A stretch of DNA of 61,591 nucleotides, filler included, from Choristocarpus tenellus KU-1152 (GCA_964200185.2; 13 parts of 13 records of this genome joined end to end with filler, not necessarily neighbours in it), one strand, 5' to 3'; shown: positions 24,479-38,700, numbered from the whole stretch's first letter. Translations and numbers: made by a program. Notes: generated by a model not told the origin, from the letters alone.

Positions 24479-26087
24479 GAAAGAGTTGATTATGCCATGG
24501 AAAAGGGGATAGACCATTATGTCCTGTCCTGTCTATCCATGTCAAGCCACTCATGAAAGGAAGCGAAAGGAAATTGTAAAGCACAACAACAGTAGGAGTC
24601 ACGTGATACGAGGGGGAACATACAAGTGATGCAGTCTTCACCGCCATGTGCCTGTTCAGGATCTTACTAATGTTGGAATCCAACACAAATGTAGAGGAGG
24701 AGGAAATGGGTACAACCCATTCAGGACAGTGTGTGGTTCCACTACGCAGTTTTCTTCTTCAATATCGAGTGGGGTGCAGAAGAAAGGTAATTAATAACCA
24801 CAGGGGTCACAGAGTTGTGGGCTGCAGGGCACACTGCGAGAATGGCTAAGACAAGGAGGTTGAGAGTGACGCCCAGAGGATGCATATGTTGGCGACATTT
24901 TCACTCTCAAGTTCAGACCCACAGCAAGATCTGTCTCTCACATTTGAACGCTGGGTAGCATGCACGGGGAGGAATCCAAGCAGTGGTGAGAAGTGCGTAC
25001 GCATCCCTCTGACTTGAATACATACCATCATAAGACTCCAAAACACACTAGCGGAGACCTCTAAATAAGGCTTGTCGCCATTAGGAACAGTGTGATCAAA
25101 ACATCATAATAGTCCTCACTTTTAGTGAAGAGCCAGATTGGTAAGGAGTTGCCCGTATTGGAAGAAATGAGAAAACAAAAAAAATGTTGTGAAGGTGTAT
25201 TACTATCGGTTAAATAGTGGGAAAGCCCCTCCCCGCCCCCCCCCCCCCGCCCCCCCCCCCTCCTCCCAATACCACAAAGCACCCAACGAACCCGACGGGA
25301 CGGGACNNNNNNNNNNTTAAATAGTGGGAAAGCCCCTCCCCGCCCCCCCTCTGGCCCCCCCGCCCCCCGCCCCAACAAAGCTACTCATGGTGAGGAACCT
25401 GTGGGCAGTCAAATCAATCTGTTTTTTCTTTCAATACTTGCAATGGTGTGGCCCTTGCACGCACCAGGTCTAGTTTTGAGGCTAATCGGCTAAGTACAGA
25501 AGGAAGTGGCATCAACATGCAATTTGGTTTCAAGGGTTGATAGTGCCATTAATCACTTAAACTCTTCAAACATCACAATAGAGCCAATTCAGACCAAGTC
25601 GATCCGTGAGGCACCAAGCCACTAGTGTCAGTTCAAAAAGCACACGATACAATAATAATTCATAATAAGGAGCTAAAGCTCACGCTAGAGTTGTGCACAG
25701 ACAAACAAGGCTAAACTTTGCTGTCTTCAAATTTCTTCAAAGAGCACCAATAGCCCAGAACAAAGGAGACACTGTTAACGGTTTTCACAGACAATTCGTT
25801 GCTAAACTCTTTTGTGTAGAGTACTTGGGCGCAAAAAGCAACCGAAATATTTCAAATTGCGAAAGACTAACCCCTATAGTAGAAGTACAAATGTACTCTT
25901 TCTGGAAAGTACACCACCAAAATCTACAATTACTACCCGGAGCACTGACTCCTTCCCTTGCCTATCCCCCCAAAAACATAATCATTCACAGGAAACCAAA
26001 CACAAAAACTCTAAATAGGCCTACAGAAAAAAACCCAAGACAACACAGGAAACAGTCACAACAGCTCAGGAGCAGAAAAATCCCTCC

Positions 26088-26594
26088 CTATACAAGTCCA
26101 ATAGCTCCACTAAACAAAACGTTAACTTCCTCGCTGTCTGATTCAGTGTCTACTACCTCCTCTTTGGGGTGACCTCCACGTTCCCCATGACTGTGTCCAT
26201 GGACATGGTCATGCCCACGTCCATTGCCGTGCCCATGCCAATGCTTGTCCCTATCTGAGTGAGCATGCAAAACTTGCTCACCCCTTCCCTCCACAACACC
26301 TCCGGATGCCAAGTCAACAAGCTCAACCGTGCTCCACTTGACATTATGCATCTCCAGTACCTTCTTTGAACCAGACAAAATCTTCCCCCTCCATTGCCAT
26401 CCCCCTCCCCCCCCCTCCCCATCTACACTCCTAGGGCAAGGTGAAGTCCCAGCTCCATTGTCCTTGTGCTCTGCCACAACAGTTTCTGAGGATAGGTCTT
26501 CCTCACTGATGTACAATCGAACTGTCCCCTTGAGCGGCTCTTCACTGTTGAGCTGAGACACAGCAAGGTCTTCCATGCCACAAACGCCTCTCAC
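26088..26594 (-). CDS. Last exon of a cation diffusion facilitator (ZnT/MTP-like) transporter with His-rich C-terminal tail
   Basis: AG acceptor at 26596-26595, stop at 26090-26088. VRGVCGMEDLAVSQL...GTVRLYI...KILSGSKKVLEMHNVKWSTVEL fits the CDF cytosolic dimerisation domain pattern (V.GV....DL.V..L...GTV...IL......L......T+E+). It is followed by HAHSDRDKHWHGHGNGRGHDHVHGHSHG. Confidence 0.55.
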   Translation of the reverse strand: MRGVCGMEDLAVSQLNSEEPLKGTVRLYISEEDLSSETVVAEHKDNGAGTSPCPRSVDGEGGGGGWQWRGKILSGSKKVLEMHNVKWSTVELVDLASGGVVEGRGEQVLHAHSDRDKHWHGHGNGRGHDHVHGHSHGERGGHPKEEVVDTESDSEEVNVLFSGAIGLV

Positions 26595-29500
26595 CTGCAC
26601 ACATACAACACCCCACCCCACGCCACCCCACCCCCCAATGTTTTTTTTAATATACAGACACGCAAGTATAACAAAAAACAACTCAAAANNNNNNNNNNNN
26701 NNNNNNNNNNNNNNNNNNNNNNNNNNNNNNNNTTAATTAATTAANNNNNNNNNNNNNNNNNNNNNNNNNNNNNNNNNNNNNNNNNNNNAATTGACAGCCG
26801 ACTTAAAAAGTACCTCTTGAAACCATTGGTTTGTTTTGACTGAGAGGGAGGGGGGGGGCAGGGGGGGTTATTGAGAAAAATGAGATGTTGAGTGCTGTGG
26901 CCACAGAAAGAATGTATGGCAGGGTGTTCAATGCACAAGGAAAGCAGTCCAGAAAGTGTAGACGGAGATATGCAAGTGCTGAGAATGGAGAAAGTGTCTG
27001 AAAATTTTCTGAAATGGTCCTCAAGAGTAAAAAGAAGAGGGAAAAAAAAATCGAAATGGCGTCCCAAACGTCAGGGAAGAGTGCCAAAAAAAAGTTCAGA
27101 AATCGTTCGAAAAGTAAATAAAGGGAAAAGGAAGTTTGGGAAAATTGTGAAACATTTGACAACATACTTTCAAAATATTCCAAAAATCCCTTTCAAAAGT
27201 GTACAACTGAAGCACTACAGCCTATTGAATCAACAGATTCTTAGGGTATTGATTACTCACCGGCTACAGTATGTGTGTGGAGGATGACTATTTTCTTTCA
27301 CTGGTTGTGCACAACATGTTCATGTAACGTAGCCCACTCACTACTCACATGTTTACTTCATGATATCAATGGAATCTGTCGACCAGCCTCCCCCACAGGA
27401 GACCTAACACCCTTGCCCAAGTACTTCCTTGGACCATTGCCTAATCTGCCCCTGTCAATTGACAAATCTGTCCTACTATTCCCTTGCCTGCAAACCTTCA
27501 AAATGGATTGTACCTCTCTCCTCGGTTCCTGTCCCCAATGCGCCTTATCCCATTCCCCACATACCATGCCCAGATCCCTCCTTGTCCCTTCTATAAGGCA
27601 CTTGAGCACAAGGCCCAACCCTGGACACTCAGACAACAATATGCACCCTATCCACCTCAGCCCCCTTCACCATCCCGCCCTGCCCCCCCCCACACCATTT
27701 TTTTACCAAACACCCCATAATCAGATTCAGAGCAAGACCTCGCCCCCTTGTTTGATCACCTCTCCCTTGGTACATGGCCCCGACACAACCACCTCCACTT
27801 AACACACCCGTATCAGCATCTTTGCTTTATGTCCCTTTTTTTTCTTTGTCAAACTTTCACAAGACTGGTCTTTTCCCATGTACACCTGAGTTGGATCATC
27901 ATCCCTTTGTGTTTCACCAAGCTCTTTCAGGAATTTGGAGGGACAATCAAAAGGCTGATGTGGTTTGCTCTTGGTTTTCAGACCCATAGTATGCTAGAGG
28001 GGGGTACAGGTGTCCATTGGAGTCCTGTGAGACCCTTTAGCGACTTCCATGTCCTTTGTGAGTGAACGTGTCAAATGTAAGGGATAATGACCTAATCTGA
28101 ATGCACCGTCCTTTTCTATATCCTTGGCTAAATCCAATTTGAAGGAACATCGCGCACAAAACAGGCATCAAACTAGGGTATCCTACAACACCTCATCAAG
28201 CCCTGAACGGACAACCTGGGCTAAACATCCCTCCCCTCTAGGATCCTATAGCCCTCATTCCCTCCCAATAGTTCTCACTACGTTTTTGAGTAAAACCAGG
28301 ACTATATCCTGCATCACAGCTTACTAGTGACCCAACCCCCTCCAGACCCCCCCTACCCACAACTGGGAGACACCTGTCTCCCTTCTACTTACAATACACC
28401 TACCCCTCATCCACCATCTGCTTCCGCAGAACCCCTAATTCCTCCACATCACTCACCAACCCAACTGCCATGTCTACTCCCTTCGTCACCTAACCCCAGA
28501 ATCTCCAATCCTAACCTACCAACCTCCCCAAATTCACCTGAATCGCCCAAACACCTAATACCCATGCTACACAAAATCCCCTCTGCAGGCACTGTCACTA
28601 ACTTGGGGAAACTTCCCTTATCACCACACCCTGCCCAGGACCCCGTTCAGGCTCCCTGTGCCACATTCACCCTTGTTGGATTTTCAACATCGATACATTC
28701 TCCACAGCCCCCATCTTCCCCTGCCTCACACGTAATACCAACCTTGGTCTTATCAATTTCCTGAGTGTGGTCATTGAGACCCTTGTCTTGCCAACATCTC
28801 AGTGACTGGGTGTGAATGCAGAGCGATGACTCTCAGCCCCCTCCCAAACCACCCAAACACCCAGTGTGAGTAAATACTGCTTTGGGTTGAGGGGCTGGCA
28901 ACAGGGGTGGCAAGGATCAAACTAACAGATGAGGCATCAGGACAGTGGAAGTGATAGTGCAGGCCTCAGAATCAAAAGGGTCAAAGGACAAGATGCAATG
29001 ACCTGCTCACCCTCCCCCACTGAAGGTCCAGGCCACGTAACCAACAGGCATGCAACCAGTAGGTTGTCCATACCCCCAGGATTGCGCAGCAGCCCTGGAT
29101 AATGTGCCAATGAATGACCTTGATAGGATGACTAAATTTGTCGACAAAGAAATTTCCAATCGAATATATACATTCATAGTTCACACTTTTAAACTTTTAT
29201 TAATAATCACCCAGTACAAATGATGCCGTATACCTTGTGCTCAACCAAACTCACAAGGGGAGATCAACATCAAATAAAACAGAACAGTACATGATGACTC
29301 CATTTTTGTCCTAATTAACCAGTGATAGTGGGCAAATCAGCTTTGTTTCCCACAGACCAAACAACTAGCCCCTTCTTATCCTGCCCTTACATACTTCTCT
29401 GCAAGGTGGGGTTTTCATGCCGAGTCAAGCAGTGAGAGGTATACCTCTTGATGTTTGGAAAGTATCCTTGGCAATGACCCCTCGGAATATATCCAAAGGT

Positions 29501-30046
29501 GTGCTGTGGTCATGTCTCAGTAGCAGGTTCGGTAGGATCCCAGGGTAGCATATGGTCTCTCGTAAGCTGGAAGTTTTGATTTGTACATGAAACTGGGCTA
29601 CTAAAATTGGTGCACAGGTGCAGTTTCTCTCCATGTTCACTTTTTCATTCCTGTTTCATCCATGAGTAACCCCATTTCCAGGGTGCCCTCCTCCACGAAC
29701 AGGGGGATACTCACTGGGCACATCATTATTTTCTCTTCATCCTGTCTACTGGTTACCATATGGTTGAAGCCACACTGCCAATACCCTGAAATCATTTTCA
29801 TTGCTTGACCTATTCAAATATATATTGATTACAGTGGCATGCGACATCATGATGGGCATGGTACAAGTAATAATTACCATGTCGGAAACGCCTCTATTTT
29901 GATATGCCCCAAAACCCGTTTTTGTTTCTGACAAAAATAAACAGCAGGGAAGTGGAAGGTGAAAATTCTATCCCAAGGATGAGCTGCCTCACTCTCTAAT
30001 TTACCAAGCATTTTTCTTGCCATGATCAATGTTGCTCACAAGGAGC

Positions 30047-32278
30047 TCAATGTAGAGAGCCAGAAAGTTCTTTGACCTCTTGTAGGATTAAAGCCGCAGC
30101 TCGATCTACCTCGCTTGCTGTTGTATGCCTGTAGTTGACCGCATCCATAGTGAAAATAAAATAAAAACAAAGTATGGGGACAGCATCAGTAGGGTAAGAG
30201 TAAGGAGCTGTCTTGTGTAGGGTGGCAAGAGTTGTATTCATGTTGCACAAAGGTAGGTTATAAATGAAGATTGTAAGCTCACAGGCACTGCAAGAAGAGT
30301 GAAAAGAACCTATAATCAATACTGCCACAAGAACATCAATAACAAAGAAATATCAACTCACACGTATCAGACCATCTGTGAAAACGAGGAGCTGCCGTTG
30401 ATGCTAAGGCATTCACTCAAGATAGCCATATTACTAATAGCAGGGCTGGGGCACCCCTCAAGTTGTAGAAAAAATGACATACCTCAACAATCCAGTCAAA
30501 GCAATCCCTCGTCATTACTATTCTGCAAAGTATTGTAGACCGTAACAACAAATAAAGTAATACTAATAACGTCATATTCTATGTTACTCTTACCACTCAC
30601 AGAAATCACCACAAAAAAATTGGAAACACTTCTGTGTTGACTGCAAATATCATATTAGAACAATAAGGATGTGCAATCTTCTCCAAAAATATGTTGCACT
30701 ATTGTGCTAATAGCTGCAAAAGCAATGGAGACAGACAATTGGCACAGCTATAGTGTGACCTACACACAGACATATTACAATCATAGGGCAAAACATTGTT
30801 CGATGGGAGATGCTGTGTATCGAAGCAGCGATGGACTTAATTCATACAGCAAGTCCTAGATGTGCAATATAGGCTGGTAGTCTAAGTGGTTTATTGGTTT
30901 TTAGTGACCTCTATTAGACAACAGGAATGTTGCCTAAGTGGAACAAGTGTTATTGACTTGTTGTCGTGTGCTTAGAGTAATAAGTTTGAATCTCAGATGA
31001 TTGATTTCTTATTACTTGATATAAATGGACTGATGGAGGATTACTGACATAGTACTAGCTACACAGGATAAGTGACATAGTACGATGTAACGGCAGGACA
31101 CGTTTTGATGTGTTGTCAGCTGATGTGTCAGCTGACATACGCAATAAACAATAAGATAATAAGAGAGAGCACCCCCCCACGACCGAGGGCTGTGCTCACT
31201 CCGCTAATAAATACATCCCTAAAACACAATGCAAAATACTCTACTTGAGTAGCTCTCTTTTGCGAACTAGAAATACTCAACAGCCAAAATGAGAGTGTAC
31301 AGAATATATGAGTGACTGATCTGGAACGAGTACACCCCAACCTGTTTTCCAAAGCAAAAATGGAGTCATTATATTGCTGTAACAGAAGTTGTTTAATCTA
31401 TCATGGATATTGACACAAAAAACACCACAGATACCTATCTATACCTTTTAAAGTATACTGTAGAAGGTTTCAAGTATTCAGAAGATAGCACAATGATAGC
31501 AAATAGTGAGGGAAAATAACAAAGACCAGACTCTCCCCTCCACTGCCCAACCTGCCCACAGACAGACGGATGGTGCCAAGCCCAATGTCCTCTTCAACAC
31601 CCATAGCCTCTAGGACTGCTGAAATCTTTCTCTTTCCTTCACCTCCACCAGAGTGACATGCAGCACCTGGAGATGCAGCAACTGTATCTGACAGCTGATA
31701 GAAATATGGAAGTACATGGAACGAGGATAGCATATTAAAAGTACTATAAGCATCAGTGACCAACTTGTGGACGAGAAAGTTGATTTCAAATGTACAGGGT
31801 AAATTTCATATGTAAGAGCACAACACGCCACATAGTCCCCCGTAAAAGTAAGAGTGACTTCCTATGGAGACCAGTTGTAGAATGGTGTGCATGTCTATCA
31901 TTGAACAAAGGGTACTTGCTGTATGTGAGACTCAGGTCCTCCTCCATTCAACCACCATTCATCCACCATTCATCCACATTGTACCACCCCACTTGAACCT
32001 TGGCACTTCACTGAGCATGAAAAAAAATAGGGAGGCCTGCTCACTGCTGCTGATCCCGGATATATCCTGGAAAAGTCTGTATCATGGATGTTCTTTCTTG
32101 TCGAACGCCTTCCTTCTCACATCAAAAACAGTACCAAAAGCAAAACCTCTCTGAAACCAACAGAACTGCACATCCCACCTTAGCCAACAGAGTTTGGGCA
32201 TAAACCCCCTTGAAGCCAATGCTGAGGGTGTTGGGGAGGCGTAACTCTTCATCGATGGGCCCATGGACGACCATCATG
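30047..32278 (-). CDS. Selenocysteine lyase / cysteine desulfurase (class V PLP aminotransferase), C-terminal 3 exons
   Basis: Exons ~32278-32179, 31694-31552 and 30128-30047 (stop) splice to ...RLPNTLSIGFKGVYAQTLLAK-LSDTVAASPGAACHS...SAVLEAMGV...GTIRLSVGR-HTTASEVDRAA...*. These are the NifS/SCLY motifs RLPNT, catalytic Cys loop and RLSVGR.TT..E+D. Confidence 0.88.
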
Positions 32279-32753
32279 CTGGCCCCCCCCTCCCCCCCCC
32301 CCCCCCCCCCCCCAACCCCTCCCCCCCCCCCTCCCTTTTGTCAGGATAACTTGACCCANNNNNNNNNNNNNNNNNNNNNNNNNNNNNNNNNNNNNNNNNN
32401 NNTTAATTAATTAANNNNNNNNNNNNNNNNNNNNNNNNNNNNNNNNNNNNNNNNNNNNTGTGACCATGAATAAATTCGCCACTGATGGGCAGCCGCCACC
32501 CCCCCCCTCAGATACTTTGAACCAAGTACAGAGGCGGTATGTAGCAAATATTGAAGGCACTAATCACCCAAAGTTTGAGTCCAGAATAAAGGATGAAGCT
32601 GAATCAAGAAAGGAGAGAACACAACTCTGTCCCATCCTCGACTGTCTCACTGATTTGCCTCTGATCTCAAGATTGTAATAGAAGTCCGACCAAGATCGTT
32701 CAATCCCTCTATAACCCATGCATTTTCATGAACCTTACCATGACACTACCAAG

Positions 32754-35700
32754 GTCGATGATTTTTGGGAACCAGCGAAGAAGCAGCTTCTTGGGGATGC
32801 AAAACACTTCATGGACTCCTTGGTGAAGTTTGACAAGGACAACATACCAGACAGGGTTAAGTGACCCTCCGCCACACTACCATACTACCCAAATATTTGC
32901 TACAACTGTTCAAAGGAATACACCAGATGTCAGAGATGCACACCTTAAGTTTAAAAAATGTGAAGTGCTTCCTGATGGGGGTGCCATACATGAGATCTAT
33001 TGGTTGGGGAGTTCTTCTCATCTCACCGTACACAATAGATGGGGAACATGCGAGCAGTTCTCCAACAACTTTGACATATATATCTAGTTCTTGCAGTAGA
33101 TACAGAAGCTCTGAAGAAAATCTCACTGCTGGAAGTATGGAGTGATCTCTACCTCCTTCACCTTGCTGGAAGGGCAATTGGCTTCTCTCAAGCATGCAAT
33201 TGTGAAGACGTAGAATATGCCCTCTTGTGTAGGCTAACATTAGCTCCCCCAGAAATTTGTCAGTGTTGAATAGTACGCTTTAGCTACGAAGTCTTCTTGG
33301 GCACTCTGCTCTGAAGTATCCCCCATTCCCACGACTTCTTCTGCCAAGTGCATGAATAGGCCATGTCGAACAGTATATAGCTGTTCCTACTCTGGAGCTT
33401 ACTGTACTTTTTATATGCGAACCTACTCTGGAGTAGTAATAAGATTGAAGGGTAGGAAACATGAGATTAGACGAAAATAAAGTGCATAAGTAGAATAGTC
33501 TAAACATCGAAATCATTTGAATGACTCCCCATCCAGAAAAAAGCATTACTCCGTTGCAACCGGCGCAACTCTCTCATTTTCAATATGAACAATAATGAAG
33601 TTCACAAGTAATCCAAGAAGAGTTGGTAGTATTGAAGTCTGACTCTTTGCAATTTCTTATACAGACAATCAAGAAAGTGGAACCATTTGCGACCAACCCT
33701 GAATTTACACCTGAGGTCATCGAGAAAGCTTCAAAGGCCTGCACGGCCATTTGCATGTGGTCGCTTGCCATGTACAAGTATCACTTTGTGGCCCTAGGTG
33801 TTGCGCCAAAGGCAAGTCATTTGATGCGAGTTCAATAGTTCTTCAGCAATGATTTGCTACTTAGCAGTGAATTCAGATATGCTCCTAAGAGTTGGAACAG
33901 ACCGATTTTCAACACTTGTGGAGACGCAATAGAGGCATGCATTTTTTTCAACGAATTTCTCCCTACTATCAATGACCTATGTATGTATATTATTCATTCT
34001 TTGATGAATCAATAACCTATGTATCTATTAAGTTGACTACCCTTCCTCCTCCAGGTAAGCATCTCTCAACAAGTATACTTTATTGTAAAGCTCACATTAT
34101 AAAGCTCAGCCTAGAACACTGGAATCTTCTGTTTTGCAGGGCATACAACTAGACACAGTTGCGCCATGATAGAAGTCCAACTGCATATTCAAATACTGAT
34201 GCTGAATAGTTTTACAATCTTGGCTAAGTGCTGCAATGATCGAATTGTTTTCCAATGTAAGATATTTGATGCTTTGCTGCAACGGAGGTGTATTAGATTT
34301 GATACTGAATTGTTGCATTAATAGGAAAGTATTTTTTACACTTTGGCATATCGCGACATTGTTTCGAATTTTTTAACTATGGCAAATATCCTTGACTGGC
34401 AGCGAGCTGCTCTGGCAGAGGCCCAGGAGGGGTTGGACCTCGTGATGGCACAGCTGAAAGACGCCAAATCTAGACTCAATGGAGTGCAGACAAGACTTGC
34501 AGAGCTCCAAAAAGGATTTGATGATGCAGTTGCCAAGAAGCAGGTACACTGTCTTAGCCCTCATTCTCACCAGATCGTCTATGACCATTCTCTGATATCA
34601 TTCTGTGGTGCTTTCTCTTATAATCTTGCTTCAAATGACTACACAAACCATATTAAAGTGTATCCCACAGGCCAATGGTACTGCATTCCTTGGTACACAT
34701 CCATTGAGGCTTAACATCTATGTCCTATCCTCCATCCCTATATTTGTAAACAGTTTCCAAGTAGTAAATGGCAAGAATTGTTGATTACTGAGGGACGACT
34801 TTGTCAGGATACCATAGCCTTACAAAGGGTACAGACCCTTTGAGCTTTAACCTAGGGGGGAGCTACATTGATAATATGTGATGTATTACTCCATATTCCA
34901 AGGACAGCAGGTGCTTGTGTAGGGAACTCCAATTATTTCTCTTTCAACGTCATCCGAGCCAAAGTACCTGAGAGGGTAGAGTCGCGTCGATTTGGGGGTC
35001 AAAATCCAATGTTGCGTTTTTGATGTAATTTTGGCTATCGTATTTGTTAGGAAGTGATAATATCTATGTTTCAGACACATCTATTCATAACATACACATT
35101 TTACCTACTCCTAAACATTTTGCAGCAGGAAAATGTCATAAATAAAGCATGGGAAGCCAAGCCCCAAATGGACAAACAGGGTAAAACTCTTACCCTCTAA
35201 GATACTTTCACTCATCCATAGAAATATACTACTGTCAACCAAGGATAAACTCATAGGAGGATATCTCTGATAGGAAGATAATGTTTTTTTTCACCTCCCA
35301 TAACACCAAAGTATATGAGAGGTACCTAGGTTTCGACTGTTCTTCATTTTAAGTCAGTTTTTCAATCTTCTGCGATTCACCCATATTCCTATGGATGAAG
35401 TGCTAAGTATTGAATGATTAAGTTATTCGCAATTTTTTGGCAAGATTAAGAAAAATTCCGATATGCATTTGTAAGCAGAGTCAAATTTTGCACATGCTTG
35501 TCAGCATCCATAAGAGGAAACTCTGGGTACCTCGGGTTTGCATTGGCTCACATATTCCTCCACTGAATAGGCGGTTCAGACTACTACTGTGCATTCAAAG
35601 CTCTTTGTCCACCGCCATAATTTGGGTCATGGTTCTACCCTGTATACTATCTGGTAGGAGCTAGAAGAGAAGGCTGCCCGGTGCAAGGTACAACTCTCCA

Positions 35701-38700
35701 ATGCTGAGAAGCTCATCGGGGGGCTTGGGGGAGAGGAGAAGCGGTGGAAGGAGACTGTTGCTAAGCTTACCCTAGCAATGGACAAATTGCCCGGTGAGCA
35801 TCAATTTATCAGGAAAACCCAAAATAATAGCATGGTGGGTTGAGGATCACTACATAAATTGGGAATGGGTTTTGAGGAACTGATTCTAGATCTTGCAGAT
35901 TCCATTTCGGGGTTAAATTTGATTTCATTATTTACTTCCTCCATTGGACAGCTCAGGAGCCTCACAATGATCAATTCATCCTACTGTTCATAGTGCGATA
36001 AAGCTCCTTAGTCCAGAGTATAGAGGGCATTGTGTGAGCATTAGACTTAGGTGTAAACCAATTGAATAGGGATAGGTAAATATGATTGAGATTGCACTAG
36101 GGCGAAGGTCACAGTAGGGCCTGATATACTAATATGTCTGACATGGTGGTTCAAGTAACGCAAGACCCACAGGATAAGTATTGTACAACATATATCCTAT
36201 TAGTAGGTTTAGCACAATATCAACTTGCATCGAATGACTGATACTTCAGAGGAACTTTACAAGTTTTCTTTTGCACAGTAAACAAGTACTAACGTACATG
36301 CCTTGGTCCGAGGTTGTGCATAAGAAATCAAATACTGGATGAATTTGGTTATATTATAACAAAACCAGAGGCAACCTTCCTGATCATTCAACTCGTCCAT
36401 TGCATTTGTCTATAGGGGATATTGTGGTGGCATCTGGAACACTATCCTATCTGGGACCCTTCACATCGGAATACAGGACACACATTGCTGAGAGATGGGT
36501 TGAGGTGATTAGCTCAGCACTAATATATCCTCTCATTAGATAACTAAACATCTGCTAGTGTCAATGCAAGCACAGACAGACAATCCTTAGTAACACACTT
36601 CTGAAGCAAAATACTTCCTCTACATTCCCCACAGAAGAACTGCAGCGTCTATTCAGTCATTCGTTGAGTGTATTAGATATGCTAATTTTCCTCCCTGAAT
36701 TACTTTCTTCCTCGTCTGTGACTCAAAGTATATATCTGGTGCGGGGTGGCAGCTATCCATTTGGGGTCCATTTTTCCATGTCGCGACTTTTGGGTGATTT
36801 GGTTGCATGCGTCGGATGAGATAAAGTATCTTAGAGGGTAAGAGTTTTACCCTGTTTGTCCATTTGGGGCTTGGCTTCCCATGCTTTATTTATGACATTT
36901 TCCTGCTGCAAAATGTTTAGGAGTAGGTAAAATGTGTATGTTATGAATAGATGTGTCTGAAACATAGATATTGTCACTTCCTAACAAATACGATAGTCAA
37001 AATTACATCAAAAACGCAACATTGGATTTTGACCTCCAAATGGACGCGACTCTACCCTCTCAGATACTTTGGTTCGGATGGATAGTGTAAGGGCAATTCT
37101 CTTGGTCAGGGCCCGATTGGACATCCTGGTGTAGACCCCTCCCTCCCATAGATACTTTACGCCATATTGCTTCCCCTATATACCAAGACCATGCCATACC
37201 ATCACATATATGTTGAAGTTCCACATATGAACAATATTGAACACCACCTCACATATGCCACAGGAACTAGTTGAGAGGGGTCTGGACCACACTGAGGGAA
37301 CTGATATGGAGGGAACCCTTGCAGACCCTGTAAAGCTGCGGAAGTGGCAGGTGCTACAATATTTGCACACTATCTCAATGCAAATCAAAATCGTGCCAAC
37401 CTGGCCCTGAAAGCGCTGGGATCTTGGATAAACTATGTCCGCACTATTGCTCGTAATAATTGTTTCTCTCTTTTTATCTGTTGATGCCTAACTGTCGTCT
37501 GTGGAGTCATGAGCAACTGACTTTGCCAACTACCTCTCTATTACTTGAATATCTGTACCATGCATATGAAATATACAGCACCAGCTACAATGTCAATGGT
37601 TAGGAAGCAAGCAGAGCATATATATATATAATTATTTCTATCTGGACACGCCCGTTCATTATAGGTTTCTGGTCTTCCCTCAGATGCCCTTTCTTCCCAG
37701 AACGGTATCATCATGGATACGGCCCGTAGATGGCCGCTTCTCATTGACCCACAGGGGCAAGCCAACAGGTATATCATTGTGATGTCAACACACTTGATCA
37801 TTTTGGTGTTGCGTTTGAACATACCTTTCATTGAGATAGGTACATTTCACATATTTTGGTGGATTTTTTAAAGTAAGAAGTGTTCATTGATATGAAGCAG
37901 GTCAGAGATCTTATCCTGGTGAATACTCCCATAGTAGATTGCTACATCAAATCTATTCCTGGAAATTAATCCCCTGTCAAAAGTTCAAAAGAGACAAGAG
38001 TGGTAGTGTCTAAGATATATGCCTTCACATGGACGCTGAGCTAGTAGTAGTAATGTTTGCCGCTTGCGACTTCACAAAGGCCTGAAAGGAAGACATGGAT
38101 AGGAAGAGTTGTTGGGCAGACCCCCTTGGTCAGTTCGTAGCACCAGAAATGGATAGTGCCCTTCACCGAAAATGATGTGGCCATCCGAAATGAGGATGGA
38201 GGTAGATCGATAACTCATGCCAACTCCAGTATTCTTCAAATTCAGAGGAGAGAGTGGAGTTGAGCAGTCTTTCCCATGAAGACTCAGGAACAGATTCGGA
38301 TGATGAGGGAAAGCTTTGAATTGTCCAAGTGGATCTGCATAGTGTGACTGTACCTTGAGAAAAAATAATGAGATAGGCTCTGGCGGAAGAGGAATAGGAC
38401 AGCAGCGCATCAGTTTGAGTCAAGCTGAACTACCCGCTCCACTGTTGATAGGAATATATACTCGAGCTGGGATAGAATTTGTACATTAGGTTGATGATGA
38501 TCTTTGTTAGCTGTTAAATGCAATTGGTCATCAATACCCAGCGCTGGGCACCTACAGCATGGAGACAAGATAAACAGACTCCACTATAATCTGAACAATA
38601 TGTCGATGAAGGAAAAAGTTTTTGAACTGAAAGCAATTTCAGACAATTATTTCCTTCTCTTCTATCCTACTCCGACGCCTGGAACTGTCCCTTGTATTCC

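Noticed and set aside
29444-29570. In-frame TGA (ET*PQ) as a possible selenocysteine codon next to the SCLY-like gene
   Set aside because: Another frame of the same segment is fully open, and no redox motif or SECIS element was recognised.
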